Assembly (NCBI GenBank): GCA_964187785.1
Contig: OZ076409.1
Location: forward strand, 93,870,001-93,934,000
Source: Amphiscolops sp. MND2022
Taxonomy: Eukaryota
Reading direction: 5' to 3'
DNA: 64,000 bases
How positions within the stretch are numbered: position 1 is the stretch's first letter; each line of letters opens with the position of its first letter. Below are positions 49,990 through 64,000 of the stretch, one piece after another. The notes under the pieces are model-generated. The model was not told the DNA's origin and made no database searches. It saw only the letters and a list, made by a program, of their open reading frames with translations. The position numbers and the translations under genes were made by a program.

Positions 49990-50481
49990 AACAAGCCGGG
50001 AACGGCCCAAGTCGGCCCCATATCTAAGGCTCAAAAATAGCAAAAGGACTTCGATATGTCAAAGTATTGGTGAGTTGAGGACCCTTTTATGAAAAACTTT
50101 TTTGGAAAAAAAGTCCCACAATGCCGAAAAAAACTGAAAGGGAGGACCCTTTGGGGGTTTCCAACATCCATTCTGTCGCAAAACAGCAAAAAAAACTGAA
50201 GGGGGGACCCTTTGGGAAAAAATTTTTTTCCGGAAAAAAAGTCTCACAATGCCGAAAAAAAACTGAAAGGGGGGACCTTTTGGTCTCGCCCGGTATGGTA
50301 TGTTACGCGGGAAAACAGGAAAACCCTTTTTGGTTCAGTTCGCTAGGCCTAATGATGCAATTTGGTGCAATAATATTTTGTAGAACTTTTGTAGAACTTT
50401 TTTGGTCAGGTGGTCTTTAAAAAACACTGACGAAAGGCCATGACTATAGTCGACTCTTTTCTAAAGAAAAGCGCCGGCTAA
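49990..50481 (-). mobile_element. HINE/DINE-like copy
   Basis: Same termini as the other copies. Confidence 0.75.
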
Positions 50482-51647
50482 AAAAAGTGGAGATTGCAGA
50501 AAAGAACAAAAAAGGAACTAATGAAGATAAAAATGCTGTTGTCGAAAAATGATTGTTAACTGACTGAAAACTGATCCAGGCTTCCCCAAGGTCTACGATG
50601 ATTCATGGTGATGATGAATGAAAGGCCGCGATGACATGAATAATCATGGAAAAATCATGGATCTATGGAGAAGTCGTGATGAAAAGGATGATCATGGATG
50701 GATCCCATGACCAAAGCCCTAAAAACCACGAACGAACGTTTGATTTAGGCCCGATTATTATGCAAGCCAAGATCCACGATAATCGAAATAGTCACAATCA
50801 ACCATATTGAACACAATAGAAACTATTATCAACTAGAGCCGGAAAAAAACAAAAAGCAAACTGAAGCACAAGATGACCAAGAAAGCTACATGTCTTTCAA
50901 GTCCAAGAAAAACAAAAGGCACAGTGGTACTGCAATTTGTTTGCCGTACAGTCTGCTAAAACGCCTCCCCAAAAAATCTGACACCTTCCGACCTAAATTT
51001 TTCTTACAAAAATGGTGTCGGATGTTTTTCCTTCGTCTTCGCAAGATCCAAAACCGACAAATAACCAAAGAAAGCGACCAAAGAAAGAGACCAAAAAATA
51101 ATATCAGTTCCTTGTTCCGGTAGAATTGAAAAACTTTTTCCAAAGGCATGAAAAAGTCGAAAACAGATACCAATTTTTTCAACCAAAAAATAAACTACAT
51201 AGCGTTAAATAATATACTGAAGCACCCGCAATGAAAAGAAACTGGAAAACCTAGAAGCCACAAGAAAGTGGAAAAACAGAAGGAAAAGTGATTGCTGTAT
51301 TCATTTCACAGTCCATCCAGGAGTCGCGTCAAATTATTTATTTCAATTTAAGTGTGAAAAGAGGAAAAACAAACTATATGATGTACTAGATTTTTTCCAC
51401 CCAGAATAGTGATATTTAATTTCATATTTCATCAGTATACTTTATTTGTGGATCAGGTCATCTCATTTCTTTAGAGTAAATCTAACTTCTTCAGAACTTT
51501 CAAAATATTTTCCCACAGTAATTTTAGAAAACAAAAAATCTTAGATTTCAGTATGATTATGATCATTATGATCTTGGATCTTATTCCATCGGAAAATAGA
51601 GACTTCAGATCGTTTTTATCAGACGAGTTATTTATAGATCCACCTTC

Positions 51648-51814
51648 ACAAAAAAGATATATCTTGAGTCATCAAAATACAGTATGTTTACATCGTATTT
51701 TAATGAAAATTACTATGGCTCAAATGTAATATTACATTTGAGCCATTGTAATTTTCAAAAAAATACGATCTAAACATACTGTATTTTGATGACTCAAGAT
51801 GTAGCTTTTTTTGT
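51648..51814. repeat. Near-perfect palindrome
   Basis: ATCTTGAGTCATCAAAATACAGTATG...CATACTGTATTTTGATGACTCAAGAT centred on TGTAATATTACA. Confidence 0.85.
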
Positions 51815-52138
51815 TGGTTGCGCTATTTATAATTTTTTTGAAAAATTTCAGTTTGGTGGTTTCTCAAACTCCTTTGTGTTATTGGTGAAGTGCATGATCA
51901 ATGATGGTCATCAATCATTGCCTGGCTTCAACTGGAATTATTTCTTTTTGGATGAAAAATTGTTCTGAGAAGTTGACTTTGACGACCTTTGACGACTCGT
52001 TATAAAACTGAATCATTGGATCAAGAAAGTTGAATGAAAACATATCTTTGAAGAAACTTCAGTAATAACACCAAGGAGTTTGAGAAAACACCAAACTGAA
52101 ATTTTTCAAAAAAAAATTATAAAAAGCGCAGCGAACAA
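51815..52138. mobile_element. MITE-like element with long imperfect TIRs
   Basis: TTTGAAAAATTTCAGTTTGGTG..TTCTCAAACTCC / GGAGTTTGAGAA..CACCAAACTGAAATTTTTCAAA. Confidence 0.7.
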
Positions 52139-52426
52139 AGTTGAACACTAGACTAGATCACGTAAAGATCCGACTCGGATCTGCCCTCGGATCTGGTCGG
52201 ACCGCACCAGAATTTAAAGGGTAGGTTCTTTTTCGATTTCAGTCAGTTTTGTAATAGTTAACAATCCCACATTCATTTAAAAGGGTAGGCCCAATTGGCT
52301 GAAGTCATTAGGACCAAAAATCTTGAAAAGACGAAAATTGCCATGAGGTAGTTTTTCAGAAAGTACCAAAAATCTCAGGGCTCCAAAACAAATATCGCAA
52401 GGGTTTATATATACATTTTAAAATGA

Positions 52427-52956
52427 AACAAGCCGGGACCGGCCCAAGTCGGCGCCATATCCAAGGCTTAAAAATAGCAAAAGGACTTCCAAGAGTCAAT
52501 TTACAGTACTCGAAAATCGAAAAAGCGAAAAAAATGGACCGAGTGGCTAAAAGGGAGACACTTCCGAAATTGTCAACATTTTTGTCGCAGTTGAAGGGGG
52601 GACCCTTTGGGGAAAAACAAATTTTCAAAAAAAGTCTCACAATGCCGAATAACTGAAAGGGGGGACCATCGGTCGCAAAACATCAAAAAATTGAAGGGGG
52701 AAAATATTTATTTTCGGAAAAAAATCTCACAGTGCCGAAAAAAACTGAAAGGGGGACCCTTTAGTCTCGCCCGGTATGGTATGTTACGCGGAAAAACAGA
52801 AAAAATCTTTCTGGTTCAGTTCGCTAGGCCAAATGGTGCAATTTGGTGCAATAATATTTTGTAGAACTTTTAAGAACTATTTTGGTCAGTTCATGTGGAT
52901 TGAAAAAAAAAGAGTCACTATAATAGTCGCGTTTCACTTCATGAAGCGCCGACTAA
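52427..52956 (-). mobile_element. HINE/DINE-like copy
   Basis: Same termini as the other copies. Confidence 0.75.
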
Positions 52957-54005
52957 AAACATTGATTGAAGTAACAGTCTATTTAAAAAACTTCCTTATA
53001 CCTAAATTAACTTTTCAAAAAACGTTAATTTCCACGAAGTCATTTGAAATTTTACCGGACAACGAAATTTTGCAATTTTCTTGCCTGCTCTCATTCTGTG
53101 ATCTTGTGAATGAATTGTGAAGTGAATAAGCTGTAAAAGATTGGGGAGATGGGTAAGAATTGGCGGTAAAATTTCATTCCCTGCGGAATGTCATGATAAT
53201 GACTCCGAATTTTAGAAAACAAAGAATTGACGCCGAGATTTGGCTTGAAAGCGAATTTAAGCAATTAAAATTCATGATAAATAAACGCCAAAAAAATTTG
53301 AATGAAGAATTCGTTGTCTTTTTCTGTCAAAAAATAATTAATTGCCGATATTGACGTTTTTGATCCTTAAAGAAAATCTTTCCGCCTTTAATTTTTGAAA
53401 AAAGAAACAAAATTTAGTCGAATTCAATGATGGAAAAAAAAGAAAATTAAAAGGTGCTTGGATCTACTCCAAAGCCTTTTTTCTCAAAAAATCTATTGGT
53501 TTGAAATACCTATCACACATAAAGAATTCCAAATTTTCACCAAAATCTAATTCGTACGAAAGTTTTGCAGGAAATTGTATCCGAATTTGATAATGAATTT
53601 CCCTTCAACAGTTTTGCCATAGTTAGACAAAATAATTGCATCTCAATAGAGTTAATTCAGACTTGTTCCCATCATTTTTTCTTTATAATTTTGGCATTTT
53701 GCTTCTCATAAAACTAACCCGCCGGTGGCGCTGTTGTTTTTCTTTTGCAAACTAAACAAGCGGCGCTCTTGTTTTTCATTTGCGGCGGAATTACCTTCGA
53801 AGTTACGATCCATATCTTCCTTCAATTGGTACTAAGTTTGAGTGAAATTTCGGTACAAGATTGGGTTCAAGTTTGCTTAGAAACAGTGTTATTGGAGATG
53901 GAATATAATGTAAGAGAAAACTGCAGAGAAATTAATAGACAAAACACTCTTTAGGTAGACCTTTGAAATGAGGGTTTTAAAAAATGATGACACGTCACAA
54001 CACTC

Positions 54006-54325
54006 CAGTGTGAAAACTCTTGGATTTCTTGCCACGATCTGGGGTTTTTCTACAAAATCCTGCTACCTCCTGAATTTCTTGATAGGATCTTAGAAAGTCT
54101 TAGTTCTTTCAAAAAATCTTGAAACTATTGATAAAAATCTTGGGATTTCTAGAATTTCTTGGCACGATCTTTCAAAAATTCTTGAAACTATTGATAAAAA
54201 TCTTGGGATTTCTAGAATAACTTGGCACGATCTTGCAAGATCTTGCAAACTCTTGGATTTATTGGCAACAATCTTTGTAAAAATATCGAAGATTCATATC
54301 AAGAGTTGCAAGAGTTTTTACACTG
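54006..54325. mobile_element. MITE with internal tandem repeats
   Basis: CAGTGTGAAAACTCTTG / CAAGAGTTTTTACACTG; internal repeat TCTTGAAACTATTGATAAAAATCTTGGGATTTCTAGAAT. Confidence 0.65.
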
Positions 54326-54525
54326 AGATGTAATTATCTACAGACCCTGGAGGTAGACATATTTACGATGCTCTCAAGGTTAGAAAGGCAGTCATACTGA
54401 TCAGACAAATTGCCCGTCCCTTTTAGTTGTTAATGTTGGGACAGATTGGATGGTTTCTATGGAAAGCAAAATATTCCCTCGGGACACTTTTCCGGAGACA
54501 AATACGCTCTTTGCTGTAGAGTATC

Positions 54526-57500
54526 TGTTCCACGTGTGGAACTCCCCTGCTATAGTACTTCTCGTTACAGCGAAAACGGAATAGTATCTAAAGGAAAATA
54601 CCTAAACCAATCCGATCACACAAATTGACATCATGTCAATTTGAGCGATCGGATTGGTTTAGAATTATTCCTTTAGATACTACTCTGTTTTCTCTGTGTG
54701 GTCGAGGTCATATATCGAGAGAAAACAGAAAAGGCGCTAACAATCTTTTGAATCAAAAGATGTAAACATTTGTCAAAGTACTTGTTAACATTCTTCGTCG
54801 GAACGACACTTGTTCAATTCATTGCAGAGAGTTGCCTTCAAGATTAACAGTATCATTTTGGGAATCAGTTCAAATTTTGCCGACTCGGGTTCACCAAATC
54901 ATGATTGACTCGGGATCTCCAGTTACAATAAGTAGTTATGACGAACTCCAAAAGAGTCTGCAATACGATGTATTATTTGTACGACCACTACCGCAAGATC
55001 AGAAGCATGTAGACTTCAACAAGCGGCCAGTGAATTTTTTGGGCTAAGTTTTCTGTGAACTGGAAGTGGGCGGAAAATACATTCGAAAGGCAAGGAGACT
55101 GGTATCACGTCTCAGGGCAATGTCTATAGTTGGAAGAGACTGGCTCAGTGACTTGAAATTTACTATTGAGCCCAAAACAAAAGACAAGTTGAGTAACTCA
55201 ATTAACACTGTAAGTAAGGAAGTAGTAACACCAAATCAAAAATGGAGAACTGAAATGAGTGTACAATTTCCAAACCATTTCGAACGAAGAGGTAGAAGAA
55301 AACACCATAAGATTCATGCTAGATTGCACGAAGGCGCGGTGGTGAAACAACAAACGGGCCGCCGCGTACCTATTCATCTACCGGAGTCACTGAAGAAGGA
55401 GGTCAAACGTTCATTGCAAGAAGGGCACATCGTCAAGGTAGGCGAAATCAAGGAGGACGTTTTTCTGCAGCCTACAGTTAAAACTGTAGAACATTTTTTC
55501 TCAACACTGGACCTCACATATGTGTATGCACAAGTAGAACGCAGTGAAAACGCTTCCAAACACTGTAACTTCCAAAGTATTCTGGAGAAGGCAACGGGGG
55601 TATACAGATTCGTAGCAGGATTCTACAGACTGACAACAATGCCAACCAAATTCCAAAGCAACATGGATCTAACGCTTGTAGGTATATCAAATACATTTTC
55701 CTTCATAGACAATTTTCTAATAGTTATGCACGGAACGAGGAAGAGCACATTGAAAAGGTCAAGGAAGTATTACAAAGACTGGACGAAGCAAGCAATAATT
55801 TGAAATTAGAGAAATGCAATTTCGCAACGAATAAGTTTGAATGGGTTGGATATGAATTGTCACAACAAGGCGTCGAACAAATAAACAGCAAAGTTCAAGG
55901 GAATTCAGATCGACTAAAGCAATAAAATTTAAAGGAGCTTAGATCGTATTTGCGGCAACGAACAAACTTAACAAGTTCATTCCCGACTTAGCTAAAATTT
56001 GATTTTTCTTTACAGGACTCCTCAAGAAGGATAACCCTTGGAACTGCAAAAAAGTACACGACACAGCATTTGAACAAATAAACGAAGAAATAAAGAAAGT
56101 AGCAGTGCTGAATCATTTAAAAAAACAATGCCCGCTGTGGTTAATCGGATAATTTGCGGTTCCAGCAACACCGGACAAGGAGCAGTGCTTCAACAAGAAG
56201 AAATTGGCAAATAGAAGCCTATATCATAACTGAATTAGAATCTAAATACTCGATGAATGAACTTGAACTACTTGCCATCGTTTGGTCATTAGAATACTTC
56301 CGCAGGTACGTTAACAGTGAACGATTGTTCAGATGATAGAGCACTTGCCACAGTTCTGAAAGGACAAAAAAAGCAAATAAGCAAATTCAAGCAGACTCAC
56401 AAAGTGGGTCGAAAGGCTATTACCGTATGATTTTGAGGATATACACGGACACGGACCCACATTGCCAGTAGCAGGTTATATATCAAGAAATCCAACACAA
56501 CTGAACGAAATTTCAATAAACGCTAACGCATTGTGGGTAGAATGGTTTACAATAAATGTTGTTTCAGAAATAAAAAACAACGTATTGGGGAATCAGAAAG
56601 CAATCCGCAGCGGCCTGCAACCAATCACGAGCGAGAACAGCGCAACTGCGAGAGAAAGTGTGAACGAAATTTCAACGCCACGGCGTCCATTAAACAAACC
56701 ATTAAAGATACTTTCAACAAACAGAGTGGCAAAAAGAGCGCGAACGAAAGCGAATAACCATTCGGCAATAAACTATCAGTAAAAAGACAACTTACAATCG
56801 CACTTATTGATAACACGCTCACGCTGAACAATTCGCTAAAAACAAGCCTCGAAAGAATTGGTGAGAATATTTCAGCTGGGACTTACGAACAAGACCCCTT
56901 ACTACAAACGGTTATCAGCTTACTCAAGGAATGCGACGAGAAGAAAGTGAAAAAGTTACCAACAGTGTGGCAACAACGATTTAAAGAATTCATCCTCGAT
57001 GAAAACAATTTCATCTACGCGGACGAGAGACTAATCATCCCTGAAGAACTCTGGAAACCATTGTTTTGAAGTCTATATTGGGGGCACCCAGGCCGAGATG
57101 CAATGCAACAAGCAGTTGCGGTTATTTGGTGGCCAAAAACCCAAAAGGGATGTTGTCTTCTTAGCCCAATCCTACAGAAAATGCCAACAAGCAGGTAAAA
57201 ATTTTAAAACCCTCATTCCACAATCAAAATCTGTAAAAATGACCGCGACGGACAACTACAATGATGAACTAGCATCAGGTTTCACAAGACCATTTATATC
57301 AGAACCAGAAAACAAAAAGTATTCAATAGTAGCAATAGACCATAAACCAAATTGGCCAAACGCCACATTTGTGAGAAAAGAAAGAAAAGAAAACCCACAA
57401 CAGAGAAAATTATAAGCTTCATGCACGAGCATATATCACAATTTGGTATCCCAAAAGAGAATGAGAACTGATCCGGCGACTAATTTTTGCGGCAAAAAAT

Positions 57501-58923
57501 TGAAAGAGTTTTGCAAATAATTCTTCATTGAAAATATCAAATGCCCGGTCTGTGACCACCGCGGAAATGGAAAAATCAAACAGTTAATCCGAACGGTAAA
57601 GAAAAAACTAAGAGCAGAAAAGTAAAAAAACTGAAAGGGAGGCTACCGGATTAGCACGTCTCCTATTTGGACTTCGAACGGCCGCCGCGGCCAATAGCAG
57701 CAGCCCATTTGAAAACGGTATTTAGATGTAAGCCAAATACCATAAAGAATATACTTACCAAAAACCCCAAACCTGGTCAGAAAACGATGAGACTCTCAAA
57801 GTGTCTCCTGACGACTTTCACAAAGATGACAATTCATTCTGAGAGACAGAACCAAAAACACGACATTAGAAAGTCAACTCAAAAAGAAGAAGGGCACGGT
57901 GGTAAAAGAAGCAGAGCATACGCTAACCCTGGATACAAACCGTGGACGGCAAATAGTCTCAAAGCGCGACGTGGTAAAGGCAAAAGTAATGGACAAGCGC
58001 AGAGGAAACAGCCTTCCCTGAGATCAGAAGCGAAATGGAACTCAACAAACCTTCAAAACACTTTGCAACCAAGGACTACAAAATGAAGGAAAACCAAAAG
58101 CTCAAAGAACCCCACGTAAACAGTAAAAACTGCGAAAATCACTATCGGGGCTACCAGAAAAGAAACTAGAAATAAAAATCTGAGAGGTCATCAGATGAAG
58201 AAAGGACTACACCACAAAAGAAGAACCAAGAAGAAACAACACTCAAAAGCAAAACAATTGAACCCTCAACATCGCACGATCAACCGTCATCATCCCGCCA
58301 GAGCCAACATTAAAAGAAAAAAACCAAACTGGTTCGGACACAAGTTGATGATTTCTCATATCGAAGAGGAGAAAAGGTCTAAGATGAACCGACACCGAGC
58401 AAGACGCAATCCGAAGAACTCCGAAAAGAGTTAGAATCAATACCAAGGAGAAATAAATGAATGGATAAACAACTAGAAAAGCGAAGAAAACTACATAAAC
58501 AGTCTGAAGCTAAAACACTGTTAAACATTAACTTACCTCAAACGGTAAACAAAAACCATTATATCAGAAATACAAAAAATTGAGTCGCCTTATTTATCAT
58601 TACATCGATACATTACATCTTCTGTAAACTCTCTTAATTACTACTTAAGCCTAACCCGTAGTGGGAGAAGTGTTGTCGAGATCAAATACCGAGATAAAAC
58701 AGAAAAGGCGCTAACAATCTATTAAACCAAAAGTTGTAAACATTTGTCAAAGTACCTGTTAACACTCGTCGTTGAAACGACACTTGTTTAATTCATTGCA
58801 GAAAGTTGCCTTCAAGAATAAATGTATCATCATTCGAGAATCCATTATTGGTAGCCATTCATTTTGAACTATAACACCCTGTAACGAGAAGTACTATAGA
58901 ATAAGAGTTCCACACTTGGAACA
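54526..58923. repeat. Palindromic MITE split by the Gypsy insertion
   Basis: Centre ATTGACATCATGTCAAT (~54631); right arm resumes at 58882 (TAACGAGAAGTACTATAG...TGGAACA), the reverse complement of 54526-54570. Confidence 0.8.
54697..58876 (+). mobile_element. Decayed Gypsy element lacking PBS and gag; pol pseudogene ~54898-57900
   Basis: LTRs 54697-~54868 and 58671-58876; PPT GTGGGAGAAG; TSD CTCTG/CCCTG; IMIDSGSP (PR), FSTLDL and FIDN (RT), KYSMNELELLAIVWSLEYFR (RH), GHPG (IN). Confidence 0.88.
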
Positions 58924-61900
58924 TTATGGATGAGTCTATTTTGATCAATCATACGGTGTTAGATGCTATTCCATTAGATACTTATCCCGGTCCACGTCGT
59001 TACAGTTGGTGGTACTTGTTTACATATCGCCTATAGTTTTTTGTAACGACACCCTCTGGAACTCTTGTTGAAAAATTCTAATATGCTCAAAATGACGTCA
59101 TCAATGAGCATGACTGGTTTGTCAGACCAGCCATGAAAAGAGCATAAAGAAGGAGTGGTCGAACCGAGAATGCCAAAATTCCCATAGAACAAATTTCATA
59201 CATTAACCGACAGTGTCCTTGAAACTATTTGGGGCCAAAGGTTTTTTTGGCACTCTGCGCTGTTTTAAAAAAAAATCCAAAAACCCCATCTTTGCTTTTT
59301 TGGTGTTTTTAATTAGAGAAAACACGAAATGCTCCTTTTGGGTGTTTTCGTCACTCTAATATGTGTGAAATTTTACTTTTAAAACGCCCTGAGCTTGTTC
59401 TTAAAACTTTGAGCGCCTCTTGAGCCCTAAGCTTGTTGTTTTTTCTAGAGTGAGATTGATTTTTCTCATTGGCTCTTGCACCCAACAAAAACGTGAAAAT
59501 GATTTAGATGGATAAAAAAACTGTATGCGGTATATATACTCTAAAACGGAAGCCATTGCTCATGGTTACCTTTTGGGGTCTCACTTTGCACAGGACGGCC
59601 CAGTAGTGACTGTAAAAGTATATTACATAAACACTCTGATAAGAAACCTCTGTATAATTTAGATGAAAAAATGCAGCATTGATTTTTGTTCTTTAATGTC
59701 TGAGTATGAAGCTAAGTAAAGAGTCTACTTGACGTACGCTGTGCAATAATTGAAAAATTTGCCGTTTTTGCTATTTGCCTTGGTAACAGTATTTAGAAGT
59801 GGTCGGCAATTGAAAAAACTCAATGACGTAACGTGAATTGTTTGCATGGCATAATCATGATAAATTGTGTGTATGTCTCGACGGAATTAGATAAGATCGA
59901 TTTGATAAAATATTAAAATGTAGACCGTTTATTGGGGATTATTTATTGGGTTGCTTTGGTAGAATGTTGCCTCAATTCGCGTGAAAAACATATAAGGTAT
60001 ACAATTTCAAGTATTGCTCTGAAGCAGGAGCTCAAAATTCAGAAATATGAGAGTCCCTCATGGAATTTCAACTGCTCATATTTATAGAGGCGTCAAATTA
60101 GCGCGAAGGGAACGGAAAATATGTTCAATTGAGTAAATAATCAATTTTGGGAGAACTCCATAGTCGAATATCCACCAATTTGTCATAAGGATGTAATTTA
60201 TGTGTTCGCGAGACAATTTCAAGCAAAATATCGACATTTGAAAAAAAATCAGTTTACAAAAGGGAATATTTTAACTTATCTTGTCGGTTGTTTCTTACAA
60301 CCTTGATTAGAGAATTAAAGACAAGTTGAAAATGTACTTACCCGGGTTTCCCGGTCCATTTAATCATGGTTTGGACCATATATGGTACTACACAAATCAC
60401 TCAGAACTATCCAGTGATCTACAAGCCGGAATCATATCTGTCCAGGATCAGAAGGGTACGAGGCTAACTGACACCAATGTTGATGAAAATTATACTTCTG
60501 GCACTTCTGTTCAATTTTTAGATTTCAATTACAGTTTGTATCAAAACAAGACGCCCGCTAAGCACCGGGATTTTTCCGCTAAAACAGAGAGTCTGAAGGA
60601 AACAGTTTGATACGGTAAAAGATACACTTTGGTTGCGAAAGGAAACACGATTTGACCCTCCAAATACCAAAAACCGACCATCCTAGAATTAAACTAGTAA
60701 ATGGTTAATGACCGCTCTTTTAGGACCAATGCAATAAATTCACCATCCAGAACAAATTGTCCCATCACTCGTGAGTTCACAAGTAGCGCTTGGATATCCT
60801 TTTGGATTCCCCAGGTTTTCGATCTTTGCGAATCTGTGCAGATCTGCAGGATTTTTTCTGCAGGGTTCTGCAAAGATTGTGGCTCTGAATCTTGGAGATC
60901 CATACATATCTGCAAGATCTTTACAGAAGTGTGTGCAGATTTTCTTTAAAGATTTTTGCAGTTTTTCTGCAGCTTCTAAGGAACCAATATACTGCATTTT
61001 TGGACTTCTTCAACTACTTTATCGAGTATGTTAGCTGACATAGGGTCAGTCAGTTGAAACTCTCCATTACTCAAAATTCTCGAGAAGTAAAATTTGTCCA
61101 CATCACGGTAATTTTGGTGACTGGAGAAAGTGCGGTATTGGTTATACACCGTAATTTATCCATTTCACTTGATCAGAAACCAGTACTACCATAGCAGAAA
61201 AAAGCGGAGATAAGATTTCAAGTCGAACAAATGAGCACCGATTATTTACACTTTCAAAAAGTAAGCTTAACACTTCCACAAAACTTTTCCAAAACTGTTT
61301 GGAGTATGTTTTCAATTTTCGACACTATAACCGAACTCTGGCTCTTCCTTCATAAACAGCTGTATTATAAACGTCTTACCTTGTGCATCAGTTCGACTAG
61401 ACAGAAGTATTCCGTTGTAGCGTGCAACCTTGCCAATTGCCAATCTAAAGGTTCGAAAATTAAATTCTTGTAAAGCTTGTAGGCGTACCCTTTTTTTAGG
61501 GGGAGGACTTGAACAATTCCGGAAAGGGAGGACCAAAACAGAAGGTGTTACGTAATCAATCAGTCAAAAGTTAGAGTTAGTTTATAGAGTAGGCTGGATC
61601 GATACACACAATAGGCTGTCTTTTGCATCCTTTCTATACACTATCGGGAGACACAGAAAAACAAACACAAAAAACGCGAATTGTGCACTGGGAAAAATTC
61701 TATTCTAACCGCAGGAAGAATACTTTGTTTTGCATGAAAAGATGCATGTACACATTACCGTGTCCGTACAACCCGGGAAGTGAAGAATATTGTGTTTTTC
61801 AACAGTTTGCGTGCAATAAATGTTTTCATGGAAAAAGTTCCAGTTATACGAAATTGTTTGCCACACTGGCACACGTAGACTATTTGTTTACGTCATATTG

Positions 61901-64000
61901 TAGCGTCTGCACTTGCAAAAAGCGAGATTTTGCCCGGAAAAACATGGAAAATTGTGCATGAGTTTTTTCTTTAATTTCCTTGATGTTGCTCTGAACACCC
62001 GCCAAAATGTATAGAAATCCTAATAAATACTTGAAGAGATAGCATTGCGTCAGGGAAATATTTTGCATGAATGATTGACTAAGGAGCCTTTATGAGCATA
62101 TAAAACTTCCCAGCAGATTCAACTAGAGTGTCCAAAAGACAAATGAGAAAGAGTGGCATCGAATAACTTGAAAAGGTTCTCACGCATTGCTCGAAAACAG
62201 CAGGATATATAGCAGCAACTAGATGGGAAACTATTGCCTCTTGAAACGGTTTCCAGCTTGAAACTCAAAATCTCTGTAATACTAAAAGTGTAAGTAAATT
62301 ACTGAGGGACTCATCCATCTTCTGAAACATGCAAAATTTTTCTCGTTTTCATTATTTTCAGCCCATGTTTTCAAGTGGGAAAAAACTCTAACTCAGCCGG
62401 GTTTTTTTCTCCAAAAACTGCCAGGATTATACTCAGATTAAAAATTTTCCACCACAAAATTCAGCTACCACAAACTTAGTTTCATGGGACTTGTACTTTG
62501 GGAAAAGTTTGAACATTCTGGAAACCAATGACCACAAAAAAATGTTTGACCTTCTGAATGAATTTTTGAACAGTTCCAAAAAAATCAGCTAAATAAAAGG
62601 CTTCTGAGAAAAAAATAGTGAACTTTGTTTCTAATGAAAACAAAAAAGCTAAAATTCTTGAAAATCCTTTTTCCAACAACTCGAATTGTACCATTTGTAC
62701 AATTACTCATGTTCTATTGTGGGGAAAAAAGAGGAAAATCAGCTTGTAACAATTGTTGGCGCCAGTCATCAGCAGGCAAAGAAACTCGATTTGGAACAAG
62801 CTGGTTGAGAAACAAAACCTAAACTGTAAAAAACTTAGATGAAATTTTGAAGAAATTCCAATCATCACAGAATCGAAACCCCTACCAGTCGGGATTTTCT
62901 CGACAACTATAAGTCGTAAAGCCATGAAACTCGGCACACATACGCAAGTACCTAACACAAACACACCGGCTAAGTTTCAAGGTCATTCACCCATTATAAC
63001 CCCCTTTACCCCTCACATGTGTGATATTCAAGGTCATTGTGCCAATATTGTAAACATTGATATTTAACTACATGACAACTTTAGAATGTGCCTCTGTTGC
63101 AATTGATGATATTTACATTGTTTAAACAAGCTTCTAACCCACCTGACTAACATTCCATATCCACCACATAGTTTGTTTACATAGCCAATAACTTTAGTAA
63201 TTCACTTAAATGTCATTTATTTATACCACATATTTCAACTTATATTCGCTCTATATTTACTGTAGAATTGTTAACCACATTTATACCAATATTAGATAGA
63301 GATTTTCTCCACTGAATAGCTATAGTCAAGTTGGGTCTTAGGACCAAGAGACTAATTAATCAACTTCTCAATCTTCACAACTTTTCGCTAGAGTCAGAGC
63401 GACTAAGTAGCTACTCTCATAGTTGGAGAGCCGGAGCGCGTGAAGATACTCTGAGAGAAGTGTGTTACGGATCACATCGGATCCAAATCATTGCAAAGAG
63501 GAATCGCAGGAGATTCCACGGGTCACATCGGACCCATCAAGCCAAAAGATACAGTCCTTTAAAACAAGAAACCAGGAATTGTTTAGTGACGGTCCACAGC
63601 ACTAAGCAACGGATCAGGGCGGCGTAAAGCTTGTCAAGCCTCAGCGCAGGATAAAGGCAAGCAGCCGTTACAACAATTTTTTAGTACCTCCTTCTAGATT
63701 CAACTGATTTTAATAAGAACGTATGGTATAATAATATACATGTACAAGCGGTATTAAACTCAAACGCTGACAGGTACTTTACTGTATAAGTACAATGGTG
63801 ACCTCTATGGTCTGAACTTAATTGTGACATAATACATAATGTCACATTCCCCCTCTTGCGAAGGTGCTGTAAGCATATACAAATTAATTGTTTACACGAC
63901 ACTTCAAATAGTAATTAGCACAAGACAATTTGGTTTTTGAAACTGATCAGTTTCTCTCGACATTTTCGGTCTCCGGCTTTCTTCTGCTGCCTTCTTATTG

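Noticed and set aside
50860..51123. Possible PHD-finger or LINE remnant (QWYC...)
   Set aside because: Only a four-residue hint with no continuous frame
15580..53120. Many 60-115-aa Lys/Phe-rich ORFs in the ORF track
   Set aside because: They fall inside HINE and MITE copies and reflect A/T homopolymer composition
63096..63677. Solo LTR (TGTTGCAA...TTACAACA)
   Set aside because: No target-site duplication or partner LTR was found, so the boundaries are unsupported

Overview
This is AT-rich eukaryotic (invertebrate-like, metazoan) repeat-dense DNA with no intact host gene recognisable. Two things stand out. (1) Positions 1-13325 are the 3' three-quarters of a large, near-intact Ty3/Gypsy (Metaviridae) LTR element organised like a complex retrovirus. 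It carries pol (PR-RT-RH-IN), an AUG-less 418-codon Ser/Thr/Pro-rich ORF, an env resembling class III fusion proteins (chuvirus G / herpes gB type), two further orphan ORFs, a 37-bp tandem array and a probable 3' LTR. (2) Positions 32441-34582 (minus strand) hold a spliced tyrosine-recombinase gene with N-terminal zinc-finger-like motifs (Crypton-like, no RT), bracketed by a perfect 18-bp inverted repeat. The rest of the window is a patchwork of Helentron-type non-autonomous elements (HINE/DINE-like, including head-to-tail arrays), a ~3.97-kb tandem duplication, tRNA-derived SINEs, palindromic MITEs, three decayed Gypsy elements, LINE fragments and a few candidate host exons. All calls come from reading motifs by eye; no database search was run.
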